From the NCBI GenBank assembly GCA_043228905.1, contig JBHGNT010000013.1, positions 5,084,001 to 5,148,000 of the forward strand: 64,000 nt of DNA, written 5' to 3'. A program made the position numbers and the translations under genes. This document shows positions 36,379 through 49,791 of this stretch, in pieces; positions within the stretch are counted from its first letter, which is position 1, and every line of letters starts with the position of its first letter. The notes beneath the pieces were generated by a model. The model made no database searches, was not told where the DNA came from, and worked only from the letters and a program-made list of their open reading frames with translations. Origin of the DNA: Azolla caroliniana (Eukaryota; Plantae; Polypodiophyta).

Positions 36379-39016
36379 CTAGATTTCAATCAAGATAACT
36401 TTCCCATTCGGGGATTTGGGCGGTTCTCTATCCCAGAGAATACCAATTCCATGTCCAAAACCATAGCCTATGCCTATTCCACATCCGATCCCAATACCAA
36501 ACACTAGCTTCAAGTGGTTCCAAGGGGTGGCTCCTATTCCAGCTCCACCAATTAAACCAAAACCTATCCCAGCACCGCAACCGATACCTGCAGTATAGAT
36601 TCTTCGTTTTCATAGTCACAAGTAATGTTTCACTGCTTTCAAGTTCTCTTGTTTTCGAGGTTTCATTTCAGACAAAATGTAACGTTTTTGGTAGCATTGA
36701 TAATGCTGATAATAATGATAACAATATATAGGTAATATTTTTTTCACCAAATGTCACTGGTTCTTCATTCTTTCCCCAAATCCCTCTCAAGCAGTTAGTT
36801 ATATATCGAAGTTAAAATTTTGTTATGGTCAATTCATCCCCCTATGTTCAATTATGTGCTTTTTGAGCATTTGTATGCTCAATGCATCCCCTTTTTCTCT
36901 CTTTCCAGGGTTGACAAGGGGATTTAGGAACATAATGAAAACTCAGAAGCATTTTTGGCAAATAAAGAAAAAATCAGCAAATATCTGTGTGTATATGTAT
37001 ATATGTAATTATAACATAAAAGTAGGCCTTTATTTATGATGTGGAAATGGAGTTTGGTGCATCACAATAGCTGAACTTCTAGATTTCCCTATTGTTTAGA
37101 TACGGCAAGAGAATGACCCGATGATCAAAATTCACATGGAAAAAAACTGCAAACTTGACAGATTTATGAGATCTCTATTTCATAGGAAATATTTTGGATT
37201 TGCAACAATTTCATTGGATATGAAATGAAATTTGTTTGTTGGAAAAAAACAACCCAAGCCCCTCAAGCATATCCAACTTCATTCAGAAACTTGAGACATT
37301 ATACCCTCAAAATGAATGAGGAACTGAAATGTGAACATGAAATACCTATTCCAATCCTAATTAAACATCAGAATAGTCATACAACATCGTGTTCATGAAA
37401 AACCCTTTTCTCCAAACATTCAAATCAGTGATTTGAAATATCTTCTCAGTAGTTGAATCTTCAAAAAGGTTTTTACAAATAAAAACCAAGTTTTATTGAT
37501 GAAACTCGTGATAAGTCTAGCTTCACATAGAAGGGAGTTAAGATCACACGAGAACTACCCAAATACGCAGTGGTAGGGGTGATACGCATACTAATACATA
37601 TGTTCACAGGCTTTTTGGAAATATGAATCACCTTTTATTAGTACAAAATTTCACTCGAAATCGAGTTTTATCTTGAGAATGGGTTAGTAGACTTTCTTTC
37701 ACAGGTCTATTACACCTATAACAGGAGAAATTCTATAAATATCATAGCTCATAAATTAAAATACCTATTTAGTAGTCTCAATCTTCAGAGAAGGTGTTCT
37801 GGATTTGAACTGGCTCTCATGGATAGAAATTTCACAAAAAATGAGCTTTATGTTGAGAAATATATATCTGTATGTACACCTTGAATACCAGAATACCGAG
37901 TCTCAAATCTAAGAAAAATAACTGTTTTACAAAATTCAATCATGAGGCCATAGGACAAACGATGCGCGAATGCTCATCTCACAACTTCATTCAAGTCCGC
38001 AATGGCTTGAGGTGGAAGTTGGCCAAGAATGAAATAATATATTGGGAGCAGGAATCACGTGTGCGGAAACCCCTGATTGAGGATGCACAACATGCCTTTT
38101 TACAATTGACCATTGCTCAAAGAACTGTGAAGGCCAACATGGACTATCAAGACCAGTGCACAATGTGGACCTAATTACTTGGGAGCTTTTGCAAAGAATG
38201 CTGTAGCCCCCCAAAAGAATGCTTCGATCTTTTATACTCATTGATGAATTTGATGATGTCCAACGACACTGCATCGTGCAAGGCCTTTTGAGCTGGGATA
38301 TTCCATCACTTTTAGATGACAAATGCATCTGTATAGAATATATATTGGAGAGCCATGGTTCGGAAACAAAACCTCAAGTTTTTCGTACACATACCCCTTC
38401 CCTTCCCTTCCCTCCAAACCCTGGTTTCATACATGCCACCTGTTTTTCGTTCTTTCTAATATACCCTTGGCTATCATTAACGATATGTACCAAGTCCATC
38501 ATTTGCACATATGATTTCAGTGCCCATTTTCTACACCATAGCTTTGGTTACGTACACTATACCGAATGTTTTCGAGTCCAGGTTTTGTTTTTCGTACGCT
38601 CTATGCATTTCATGACTTTGTTTCATTTTTCATGAGACACATATCAAGCATATATCTATCTCCCCTAGGTTTAAGTATAAAAACAGAATAAAGCAAACAA
38701 CCAAAACGAAGAAACACCCATATTTGGCAGCACTGAGCTAAATTGTCCGCAATCGAATAAGATGAAGAGTGAAAAATCGTGAGCAGAAACGGAGAGAATA
38801 ACAAAAAGAAATAGCCTTAAAAAGTTTTTGTAACTGACCAGCTCCTCCTCCAGGGCCAAGATCAAGTGTCTTCCTTTCTGTGTCTCTCCAAGGCATCCAT
38901 GGAAACTTGCTCTTCTTCTTCTTCTGGTTCTGTTTACCAGCCTTGGCTTCCTCCCAGAATCTGCTGACAGGCAGTAGGCTTGTCGTCTCTGAGCTTCTTC
39001 TCTGTGCATTCACCAT
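36379..39016 (-). CDS. Two-exon small glycine-rich (Gly-zipper) membrane protein, about 128 aa; exons 39016-38839 and 36587-36379
   Basis: Exon 1 MVNAQRRS...KTLDLGPGGGA(G) ends at donor GTCAGT (phase 1). Exon 2 follows acceptor CTGCAG and continues in phase: IGCGAGIGFGLIGGAGIGATPWNHLKLVFGIGIGCGIGIGYGFGHGIGILWDREPPKSPNGKVILIEI*. An alternative start lies at 39031. From memory it resembles Arabidopsis At1g66820/TGD5-type Gly-rich proteins (not searched). Confidence 0.85.
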
Positions 39017-40380
39017 TATTAAGCCGACCATAACGAGAGGATTGGCACTAACTAACTGCCTTACCTTAGACGGTCTGGAATCTGATCCATGATGGGTCTG
39101 ACAATGGACATGTCCATTGTCCAGACCAGACCAGACCAGACCAGACCAATCTGTAAGTAAAACCATTGACAACATCACATCATGCTATGGTCGAGGGATG
39201 TCGTGACATGTCCACACCTCAACCCCCCCAATCAATTCCTATGCTTTTCTGCCCTGCTCTCGTAGGTATATCACTTATGGATAGTTGGGTATATTATGTA
39301 TATATGAGATTTGGTGGTGTGTCACGATGTGATTATTTGGGTATATATGAGCATTGGTGGTGTGTCGTGATATGTGTCGTGCGCAATGGAAAGACAATGG
39401 GTAGAAGGCAGGTTTCACTTTACGTCAAAGACTTGGTAGAAGGTCAGGATCGAATGAAAAGGATAAAAAAGAATAGTGGTAACCTCAAGCAATAAGGGCT
39501 ACAAGTAGCAATGTAGAGGTCATGGGACATTTGCCCACTATATAGACTATTAGGAGCACTAGAAGATGAAGTGACAATGCAATGTGACGAGGAGATGAAT
39601 GGTAAGGATGAGCATGTTATTTAGTTTTTTTGGTCAACATAGCAAATGGATCTCCAAAGCTCCACTTAGGCTATGAAATAGAGGGTTTTAGCTCATACTG
39701 GCGTTAAGTGTGAAGGAAAATACCTTCTATGGTGAGCCAACTTACGAGAGAACCTTAGAGCAAAATACTTCACGCCTAACTGTTATAGGCATAACCCTAA
39801 GGATTAATTTTAAGCTAAATTTAATGGGTCAACAATAGGATAGTTGGGAAACCAAGTTTTTCTAAGAACTAGGACAAACACATAAGGACTTGTGATATTT
39901 GGGAGCATGTAGTTGTCTAGGAGCCTTAGGTGTTGGCCTACATAAAGGTGATTAGTGTTAAGGAAATTTATTCTCAAAACACAAAGGATTTCTTTTCTTC
40001 CCAAAAGAAGAAAGGAAAGCATAATGGCTCTAAGATAATAAATTATACAAAAACTAAATGATTATCAATGCAAAAATAACTATTACAAGATATAAATAGA
40101 ATCAAGGCCATCAAAGTAGTGGCAAGCTGGAAAGAATAACTTTGTATATCTCAATCCTACAAATAGGGTTGCCTTATACAATTGGGGAAAGTTCTTGCAC
40201 GAGAGCCATGTGTTGCACATGGGATGCACGATATAATTCTTATTATTTATTGTTTTCTACAAAATCTTTGGTTAATATCATCTAGTATAAAAGCTTATTA
40301 GGCCAAATAGTAAGACCTGGTTGGGATATGTAGATCATGAATTTGGGCTTCATATTTCTTTTGCTATCATCAATTGAGAG

Positions 40381-40655
40381 TTGAGCTTTATAACTTCAAA
40401 CACTCCCCCTCATGCTCAAGTTAAATGGACAAAGATATATTTCTTTTAAGTTCATCTTTGAAATGAATCATTTTAACTTAAAAATATCTAAAAACTTTGT
40501 AACTATATCTACCACTTGCCAATATGTATTCACATGTCTAATGTCTACTTCTTTTGAAAGTATCTTTTCTCCCACAAATGATATTGTATCTAAATGTGTT
40601 TTGATCATACATGATGAGGAAACATAGGATTGTTTGCCAAACATTTAACGTTAGA
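40381..40655 (-). pseudogene. Old copia RNase H end, PPT and LTR start
   Basis: Minus strand reads IQYHLWEKILSKEVDIRHVNTYWQVVDIVTK..., then GAGGGGGAG-TGTTTG. Confidence 0.65.
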
Positions 40656-40659
40656 CATA

Positions 40660-43600
40660 TTTTTTTATTTTTTTATTTTCCAAAAGAAAACTCCCATTAG
40701 TTATAAAATTTTACAAATGAGACGATTATGTACAAATCCTTGAAGGGACGCGATAGTTCCATCTTATGTGGATGCCTAGTGACTCAAGAAAGGGAGAGGA
40801 CGACCATTGTTGGATGAAGGCTATTCGTTTTCTTTCAACTCCCTCGTAGCTGTCCTTAAGGCCATCATATTGGCTCTTCAGAGTGGCTACAATTTCACTC
40901 CATATCTTTTGCAGTAACCTTGTTGGATGTGCGGTTTGGTTGGAGAAGACTCGCCTACATTGTTGTTTCCATAGAATCCAAAGAGTTATTGGGCTGACCA
41001 ATTCCGACACCTCTTGAGAATTGTCATTAAGAAGAGTGGAGTGGACATTGCCGCTGGAGGAGAAAGAGACCTCTTGTGCTTTTATCACCAAAGTCATCCC
41101 CTCCTCCTGATGCTCGTATCTGCCAATTGCGGTATGCCATGATAGCCAACATATATTTCCCCACTTGATTGAGCCTTGCACCTGGCATAATTGCAACAAG
41201 CGACCAACCCCCCGGTATATTCAATGGGACGTTGGGCAGTCCCACAAAGTGTGTCGTATTGATTCTACTGCATGTGGGCACTCTACACAATTAGGAGAGC
41301 TAAGGTTCCCACGTTGCCATGCTCCCACTGGTAGGGACTTATGTATTAATATCCATTGGAACATGGTAATTCGCTTCACGTGTTGTTGTTTCTAGAGTTT
41401 CTGCCAAAACTTGGTGATTATTGTGGGAGGAACTTGAAATGTGTGCTAGACCTTCGCAACAACCAGCTCTCGGGCGGTTTGAGCAACTAGAATGTGGCGA
41501 CCCAATCTAGTTGTGAATTGGAAGAAAGGGATGGGTTTACTTCCTTGCCCCGTGTAGGGATCACACCATGTCCATTGCAAAGGGTCCCAACTGACCTTAT
41601 GTAGCCACGTGTTTTCATGAGTACATATGTGCCAATCGGGTTGTACTTTGATCGGATCAGAAGCTACAATCCATTTATGACTAGTATACGCGAGTACTCG
41701 AATTGCGTTATTCTGTGTTGGTGTCTCAATGTCTCGCAATTCAGAGCCTTCGAGCTTGTCTGGAGGTCCCCTACCTCTCGGGATCAAAGATCCCTCCTCC
41801 TCGTGGCCTATCCATTTCTCCATTGTCGTCCTTTGAGTAGCAGATTCCCTAATCAGTAGAGCGTTAATGATTTCCGATCTCATAGTCCATCCGCCCCTGA
41901 TTCCATGGAGTATGTTCGCATGATCTTGTAGTGGCAGTGACATAAACCATCGCCAACATTCTATACTTTTTCCTTGACCTTCTGCAATGTATCCCCATGA
42001 CAACCCCTTACGTGATCCTAGTAGTTGATTAGATTCATCCTTGATACATGGGTTCCATAGGATACGTTGATTGAGCCAGGCAGGTTCGGATCTTGGTTGA
42101 TCACACTTGAGCCCTCGACGAATGTCACACCATGCCTTCCACATGGATGCACTGAATCTATCCTCCAATTGGCGGGAGAAACTAGGTTTGAGATCCATGT
42201 TTAGAATCGAATCCTGTTTGGGGAGCCCAATTGACCCCTTTTCGTGGCCTAAAGTAAGTGAAACATAACCTCAATAGCATTTTCCAATAGTGATTTGCTG
42301 GTTGGAGTCCTCGCACCACAAATTTGGCAAATAAGGCTTTCGATTGTGAAAGGGGATCAATAAGACCGAATCCCCCTCTCGACTTAGGCGTTGTGAGTAT
42401 AGGCCACACCACCTTGGCGCGAGCTACTTGGTCTTCCTTACCAGACCAAATGTAGTTGCGGACCAATCATTGAATCTGATGTATACTTTCCTTGGAGATT
42501 GTCCAACATGATAGACTGTACCATGCTGTTGCGAGTAGTACCTGATTTGCCACTATGATGCGACCCACTAGCGATAGTTTTTTTGAGCTCCAATGTATCA
42601 ACTTTTGTCGAATGGAATGGATAATGGATGCAATCATAGTCTCCGGCGGTATGTTGACACCAATTTGGAAACCCAAATATTTGGTGCTTGCTCCTTGATT
42701 GATCCAATTGAAAGCGGGATGTGGGTGCCACGTCGGATGTGTTTCCTGAGAGAGCCATATTGCGCAGGATTTGTGCCAATTGATCATGGCATTGGATCTT
42801 TTGCAAAATACAGCTAGCCCACTTTCTAGCTTTTGGAGGTTTTCCAAGTCCCCTTGCAGGTAGACCGCTGTGTCATATGCAAATTCTATATCTAGGATGC
42901 TTTGGTGAGAATGAGGTACATGAAGACCACGTAGGTTGAGATGCCACGAGTTGAGAAAGCAAGAGAGTGCTTCGGCATATAATAGAAATAAGGATGGAGC
43001 TAGTGGGCATCCCTGCCGTACATATCGGGATATTCGGAAAAAGGGGCCCCTTTCACCTGCCAGTGAAACACAACTGCTGCCATTCCTGTAAAGTCTTGCA
43101 ATGCCTTTGATCCATGTCTCTTGAAAGCCGAGTTTCCCCATCACACTTTCTAGAAAGTTCCAACATACCCTGTCATATGCTTTCTCAAAATCTAATAGCA
43201 CCACCGCTACCTTGTTGTTGGTACTCTTGGCAAGGGCTACTGCTTCCCAGAATGAGAAGAGGTTGTCTAGGATGCTCCGATTTCTAACGAAACCTGTTTG
43301 GGACGGATGAATGAGTTGAGGGAGAAGTGGTGTTAAATGGCATGCCACGATTTTTGCGAGCAACTTATAGACAATATTGAAAAGAGTTATGGGCCACCAC
43401 TTGCTAATGTTGTTGGCATTCCCACCACTTTTAGGAATGAGATGTATCATCCCTTGTCCAAATTCCTCCGACATGCTTCTAGAGGTGATGATCTCCTCAT
43501 ATTCCTGGAGGAGTTCTTCTTTAATAGTGTCCCAAAGGCATGTGAAAAAGTGCGGGGTGAGGTCATCGATTTTGGGACAACTCTCGGCATCTAAATCAGT

Positions 43601-44250
43601 GAGGGCCTCCCATATCTCGATGATTGATAGGGGACGCACAAACCATGTATTCATTTTCGGCGCGACTTTCTCAGGTATGCTTTGGAGGATAATATCTTCT
43701 CTTATGTCTTCCCCTATAGCTATAATGTCTTTGGTAAGTAGGCAGTTATAATAACTTGTGGCAATATTCCTCATTTCGTTGCCATCCTTAGTGGTTGTTC
43801 ATTCCTCTTGGTTGAGGCTGCGCATCATAGTTCGAGAGTGCCTCGGGCCTTTGGAGCGGAAGAATTCCTTCGTGGTTTTGTGCCCTACTCGAATCCATTG
43901 CGCCATGCTTCCATGAAACTCCATGTCATATATTTCCTTTTCCGCTATGTTAAGTTCATGTTTGGCTGTGGTGACTTGTCCTGCAATCCAAATACATGAC
44001 GGGTATCTATGTTGGAGTTGTTGTAAGGCTATTAGTCCCCGTTTTTTGTCCTCTGTCGCTTCTCATGAGCATCCTTGCTTTTGGTCTTGACAATCTCATG
44101 TAGGAGAGTAGAAGCTCTTGTTAATTTAGCTAGAAGTTTGTCAGATGCTGATGAGTCATTGACGGGTAGTGACCATTGGTTGGAAAGTTGGTCCTTCACC
44201 GTTGGCAAGTTTGACATTGATTTTGAGATTTGGGTTGCATTGAATTGAGA
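40660..44250 (-). mobile_element. L1-type LINE, 5'-truncated (ORF2 RT and C-terminal region)
   Basis: ORF 42467-43774 has WPITLFN, LLDFEKAYDRV, VRQGCPLAP and FAYD. Downstream ORF2 fragments run to 40726. A-rich 3' tail at about 40660-40679. Confidence 0.92.
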
Positions 44251-45033
44251 AAATCGATGAAGAGAAAAATCTTAGTCCACCCGAACATAGCTTAAAAGCT
44301 ATGCCTTGAAGCATTAGAATGGTTGGACCAAGCTTTGATGTCCATTGAAGGAATCATGGAAGGAAGGTGCAAAAGACAATAATGAGGCATGTGGTAAGAT
44401 GAAATGAAGGAGGACATGCATTTTGAGAGAGTCAAGTATGTTTTACGCATTAGTGGTGACATGCTAAGAAGAGAGGCTATTTTTTTTATTGTGCAAGAGA
44501 GGTCTTGAAAGGAATAAAAAGACGAGATGACCCCATTGTTGGGGATCCTCACTTTGGGAAATGGATGCACATCTTTTGACAAGTGATGGATTATTGATGA
44601 TTAAGGTGTGTGCGAGGTTTATGATGAGGAAGGCATTGATCAGAGAATGACTGTGCTAAGTTTAAAGATTATTATTCCGTAATTTATTTCTATAATCTTT
44701 ATTCTTCCTACCCTATGTAACATGATTGAACATTGTGAAAACCAAATTGTATCTTCATTTCAATCTCTATTGAAATTATTGTAAACTACATAAAATATGT
44801 CCATCCTCATATATTAAACTTTATGTACTAGATAAGGATTTGCAAATTGTTCTCCTTGTGATTCAATATTAAACAAGGATCATAGGGAACTTTTGGCTTG
44901 GAAATCCAAGCACAAAAGACACACCTACACTCAAAACCGTCTCTACCCAATGAAACAAAAGTTTCAAGTCCATGTATTTGTGTAATTGGTATATCTTCAT
45001 TGAGCTACACCCACAACGAATACTTGAAAACGT

Positions 45034-46100
45034 TGTCGTGGCGTGGCTCGCCTAGAAGCGTAGCGTTGCGTAGACAAAGGATAACGTGAAAGTGAGGAAG
45101 GAATCACTGGGATTATGGACGGAAGAGACGAAAGAGTAGAGATAGATAAATAGTGATCAACAAGATATGACAAGATAGGATATAGAATGATATTTGAAGC
45201 AATAAACGAGATTTATAATTATTTGATAAAAGAGTTACAAAATGATTGTACACGTCGTTGAACCTCCGAACTTTGTCTTGCAAGGTAATCGCTCTTCTCT
45301 TTCTTGATCGTAGACTACTACAATCTTCACTTCAATATTTTGATGAAGATAAGGCTCGAACCACCTCCCTCTTGTTGAGAGTTGACCACCACGACCGCCA
45401 AGCTAGAGCTCCACCTTTATGTTAAACTTCTTCCCTTCTTTATCTATTTTTGTGGTATCTCTTATGTAATACATAATTTGATTGATATCTCATACCTATC
45501 CCCCTTTGATCTTCTCTTTCACCATTTAAATAGGTGCCCCCATGCATATGATGCATTGGAGGGTACAAATCATGCATGTAGTGCATGAAATGCATGTGAT
45601 GCATGATAAACATCTCGCTCATTTGAGCTTTTATGTATGAAACAATATATGCAATAACAATAAACATGAAAACATAATTTTAAAGAGAAAGGGCCTAGCC
45701 TAATGGTAGGTGTGTTGACTTTAGTGTATGAGGTTGTGGGTTCGAGTCTCAAAATACTATTGAATACAACATGCAACTTTATTTTTATATCGTGAAGCAA
45801 ATCCTTTATGTAATATAAAGTATATATAAAGTATGCTTTATTTTATGAATATTATTAGTGTAGAGTAAATGGTAAGATTTGAGAGTCATAGGGTGGGGTT
45901 ATTGGTTCAAGTCCTCTCTTGTTCGTGTAATATAATATATTTATCTATATATATATATATTATTTTTCTTTACATATATATAATATTATCATATGTGTTG
46001 TTAATATTATCTTTATATATAAAACATTATCAAATGTTATTTTAGTTACGTATTTATCTTATTGTAGACTTTTAATGTGAAGCTTTCGTACTTCACGACA
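45034..46100. mobile_element. Solo LTR (TGTCGTG...CACGACA) with tRNA-like modules
   Basis: 7-bp terminal inverted repeat with ACGT duplicated on both flanks. A/B-box pairs at 45696-45749 and 45861-45914. Confidence 0.7.
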
Positions 46101-46364
46101 ACGTTTGGTTTGAAAATTTGAATACTAGAAAAGAAAATATATAGAAATGAAATGAAATGAGCAATGAGGTTTGAACCTATCACATTTGATTCTAAGATTT
46201 CTATGCCATGTCTAAGCAAGAAACATTTGTAATTACATCAAGAAAATGTGAAGCTGATATGATAAATCCTTTAAGAAATTGATGTACTCAAACGTTAAAA
46301 CCTTTGGGGAAACCAATTAACTGAAGGCCAAAACAATTTGGGTGATCCAAATTGGGTGTTCCTT

Positions 46365-47517
46365 TTCAAGATGAGTCTATATGACAACTTCAACGAAGAG
46401 ACAGATGCTGAAGTTATGTGGAAGAAGATCGGGTTCATGTTTGAGAACATGAATGCCGTAAACAGAGTCTCAATATTCCGGAAGATTGTGAGACTTTGGT
46501 ATCAAGATGGTTCCAGCATGGCGGAGCACCTGAACGCCTTCCAGGGACTGATAAATCAAACCATCTCTCTAGAAGTACCTCTTGCCGGCGAGGTATTGGC
46601 GTTGTTACTGTTGGGATCCCTTTCGAGTAGTTGGGAAACGCTGGTCCTCATATTAGGCAATGCCGAACCGGAAGGGAAACACCTATCCCTAAAGACGGTG
46701 AAGTCGAGCTTGTTAAATGAGGAAGATCATCTGAAGGATAGAGATGCCATAAACGACCCGAAGGCCCTCATCATAGAAGGTGATATGACTAGGGAAGAGG
46801 CCGGAATAGAAGTCCCCAGAACTGGGAGAAGTCGGGTATGAGGTCGAAGTCGAGGGGGAGCCCTACCTGCTTCTATTGTGGGAAGCCGGGGCACTACCAA
46901 AAGAATTGTCGACACTTCCGGAAAGAGAAAGGGGGAGTTGATGGTGCAGAGCCGAAGAAGATTCTAGACAGAAAAGGCACCTCAACGGTCCCGACAAGTG
47001 AGGAGGAGATGCCGCTAATTAGCGAGAAAAATGAAGTGCATCTTGTTAGTGACGAAACGGCGTGGGTGGTCGACTACGGAGAGTTGTTCCACTGGACCCC
47101 AATTAGAAATGATTGTCATCATACATACTCGGGACCACGGTTTTGTGAAGATGGGGAATGATGGAGCATGCTGAATTGTCGGTATAGGAGATGTGTGTTT
47201 GTTAACTTCAACTGTGTGCAGACTGGTATTGAAAGATGATGAGGAATACGCGGAATAGTCTCCGGCATCAACCGAAGAGTGAATCACTTTGTGCAGTCGA
47301 ACACAGAAGAAATGAAGAATGGAAGGTAAGTGCACAAACAGAAAGAAAAGAGAATACACAGGATATTAACGTGGAAAACCCTGAGAGGGAAAAACCACGG
47401 GAGTCCATAGGCTCCAAAGTATCACTATATCACAATGATTACAACAGTGACCTCGTGCTCACGATCATCGCCACAGGCGGCGGTTACAACAGAGGCGACG
47501 ACCTCTCTATATCTCGA

Positions 47518-47549
<32 letters not shown>

Positions 47550-49791
47550 CACGGTTGCTCTCTCACAATCGCGACAACGACAATGACAACCTATACACTA
47601 AGTTTGCCCTAAGTCATATTTATACTAAAATGACTTTTCGGCTATTTACAAATATAGCCCCGATGGACTCTTAGAAACATATTTACGAATATGTCCCTTC
47701 ATCCGGTGAGCACTCCTCACCGGGCCTTCATCATCCGGCGCTTGCCGGGCACTCATCATCCGGTTCTCACCGGGTCTTCCGTTTCCGGGTACTCCTCATC
47801 CGGTTCTCATCGGGTTTTCCGTTGTCGGGTACTCCTCATCCGGTTCTCACCGGGTCTTCCGTTGTCGGGTACTCCACATCCGGTTTCGGCCTCGGACGAG
47901 TTTGCACATCAACACTGTTCTTCTCACTTCCCATCCGGCGGGACCTGTTTCCTAACAAAAGATGTGCGACATGTTTCAGAGGATAGATTGAATCTAATAT
48001 CAGCCGGTCAGGTATATGATGAAGGCTACACTGGTAGTTTCCAGAATGGCATGCCAAAGTTCTACAAAGGAAGCCTAATTGTGGCACGAGCCCGGAAAAC
48101 AAACACATTGTATCTGATGCATGCTTGATTATTCTGGGAGGAAGTAAATGTGGCAGCCGACACAACCGATGAGTTGTGGCACAAGAGGCTATGCCACATG
48201 AGTGAGAAGGGGATGGGGAAGCTTGCAGAGGATGACCTCATACCGGAGATAAAGAATGTGCATCTTGATAAGTGCACCGATTGCTTGGCCAACAAGCAGA
48301 ACAAAAACTCCTTCTGATCCAGGCACCTGATGAGGAAGAAGATGCCTTTGGAACTTGTGCATACGGATGTATGCTATGTGAACACGAAATCTCATGTTGG
48401 TTCACAATATTTTGTGAACTTCATAGATGTTTGTACCCGGAAGTTGTGGGCTTCCGCATTGAAGACCAAGGACCATGTGTTGTCGGTTTTCAAGGAGTTC
48501 CAGATGAGGGCAGAAAGAGAGATCGGTCAGAAGCTAAAAGTGATTCTAGTGGATAACGGAGGAGAATACCAAGGGCAGGTCCAGGAGTATTGTCGGTCGA
48601 AGGGAATCCGGCTTGAATACACCGTGCCGAGGACGCCAGAACTTAACGGTCTGGATGAGAGAATGAACCCGACCATCATGGAGAGAGTCTGGAGCATGCT
48701 TGCACATGCAAAATGGTCCAAGACGTTTTGGGCTGAGGTGTTGATGACAACTGTTTACGTGATAAATAGATCACCCTCTGTACCCTTGGATGAAGATATT
48801 CCACAAAAGGTGTGCACTGGCAAAGATGTGTCGTACCGACATTTGAGGATGTTTGGTTGTCTTGCCTACGTGCATGTAGCGAAGGACCAGAGGGGCAAAT
48901 TGGACCCAAAGACTTGGCCATGCATATTCCTGGGATACGGCGACGACGAGTTTGACTATTGGTTATGGGACTTAGCCGACAAGAAGGTCATCCAGAGCCG
49001 GGACATAGTCTTCATGGAGGAGAAGACAATTTTCGACTGGGAGAAGGAGAAGATGAGTGAATCCTCCTAGCCAGTTGGAAGTTGAATACTGACTAAAGAA
49101 CAAGGGGAGCCGACAGGATACGGACAGGGAGTCGGATCGGCCGAAGGCCAGTCAGGAGCTGGACCCGAAGAGGAAAAAGTAATCGACTCCTTGGATGACG
49201 ATCTAGCCGAAGGAGAAGAGGAAGGACCTAGCGAGTCAACTAAGGAAAATAGAGGTAGGAGATACCCTCTGCGAGAGAGAAACCCCCCCCCTGAGATTTC
49301 CAAATAAAGAGTACATACTACTTACCGATGAGGGGGAGCCGAAAAACTTCGAGGAAGAAAAGAGGGACACCCATACTATAGAGTGGTTAACTGCCATGCA
49401 GAATGAGATGGACTCCATGTATGAGAATCACATATGAGTTGACGGAGTTACCGAAAGGAAAGAGAGCGCTACAGAACAAGTGGCTGTATAAATTGAAACC
49501 GGGAGATGGTGGAAATCCACCAAGGTACAAAGCCCGCATTGTGGTGAAGGGTTTCCAATTGAATAAAGGAGTGGATTTTGACGAGATTTTTGCCCCAGTG
49601 GTGAATATGGCATCCATTAAGATGGTGCTGCGCATAACGGCCAATATGAACCTTGAAGTCGAGCAGATGGATGTCAAGACAACCTTTTTGCATGGAGATC
49701 TTGAAGAGGAAATATATAAGCAGCAACCAGAAGTATTTGTCACAAAGGGGAAGGAGAACCTGGTATGCTGGTTGAGGAAGAGTCTTTATGG
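46365..49791 (+). mobile_element. Tnt1/Tork-like copia family D, copy 2 (internal gag-INT-RT, degenerate)
   Basis: gag (CFYCGKPGH), INT (LELVHTDV), RT (PPRYKARIVVKGF); colinear with the 54-58 kb copy. Confidence 0.9.
47237..47957 (-). mobile_element. Family-D solo LTR
   Basis: TG...CA termini, TSD AAAGA, 40-bp CCGG-rich tandem repeats. Inserted antisense in copy 2 at the LK|DVRH codons. Confidence 0.92.

Noticed and set aside
37880-38330. Possible extra or poison exon in the intron of the glycine-rich gene
   Set aside because: AG/GT sites exist, but inclusion gives an immediate stop and the segment looks more like a decayed LINE 3' fragment. It cannot be supported without RNA data.
45690-45920. 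Functional tRNA genes (also 23314-23390)
   Set aside because: A and B boxes are present, but I could not fold acceptor or anticodon stems. Treated as tRNA-derived modules.
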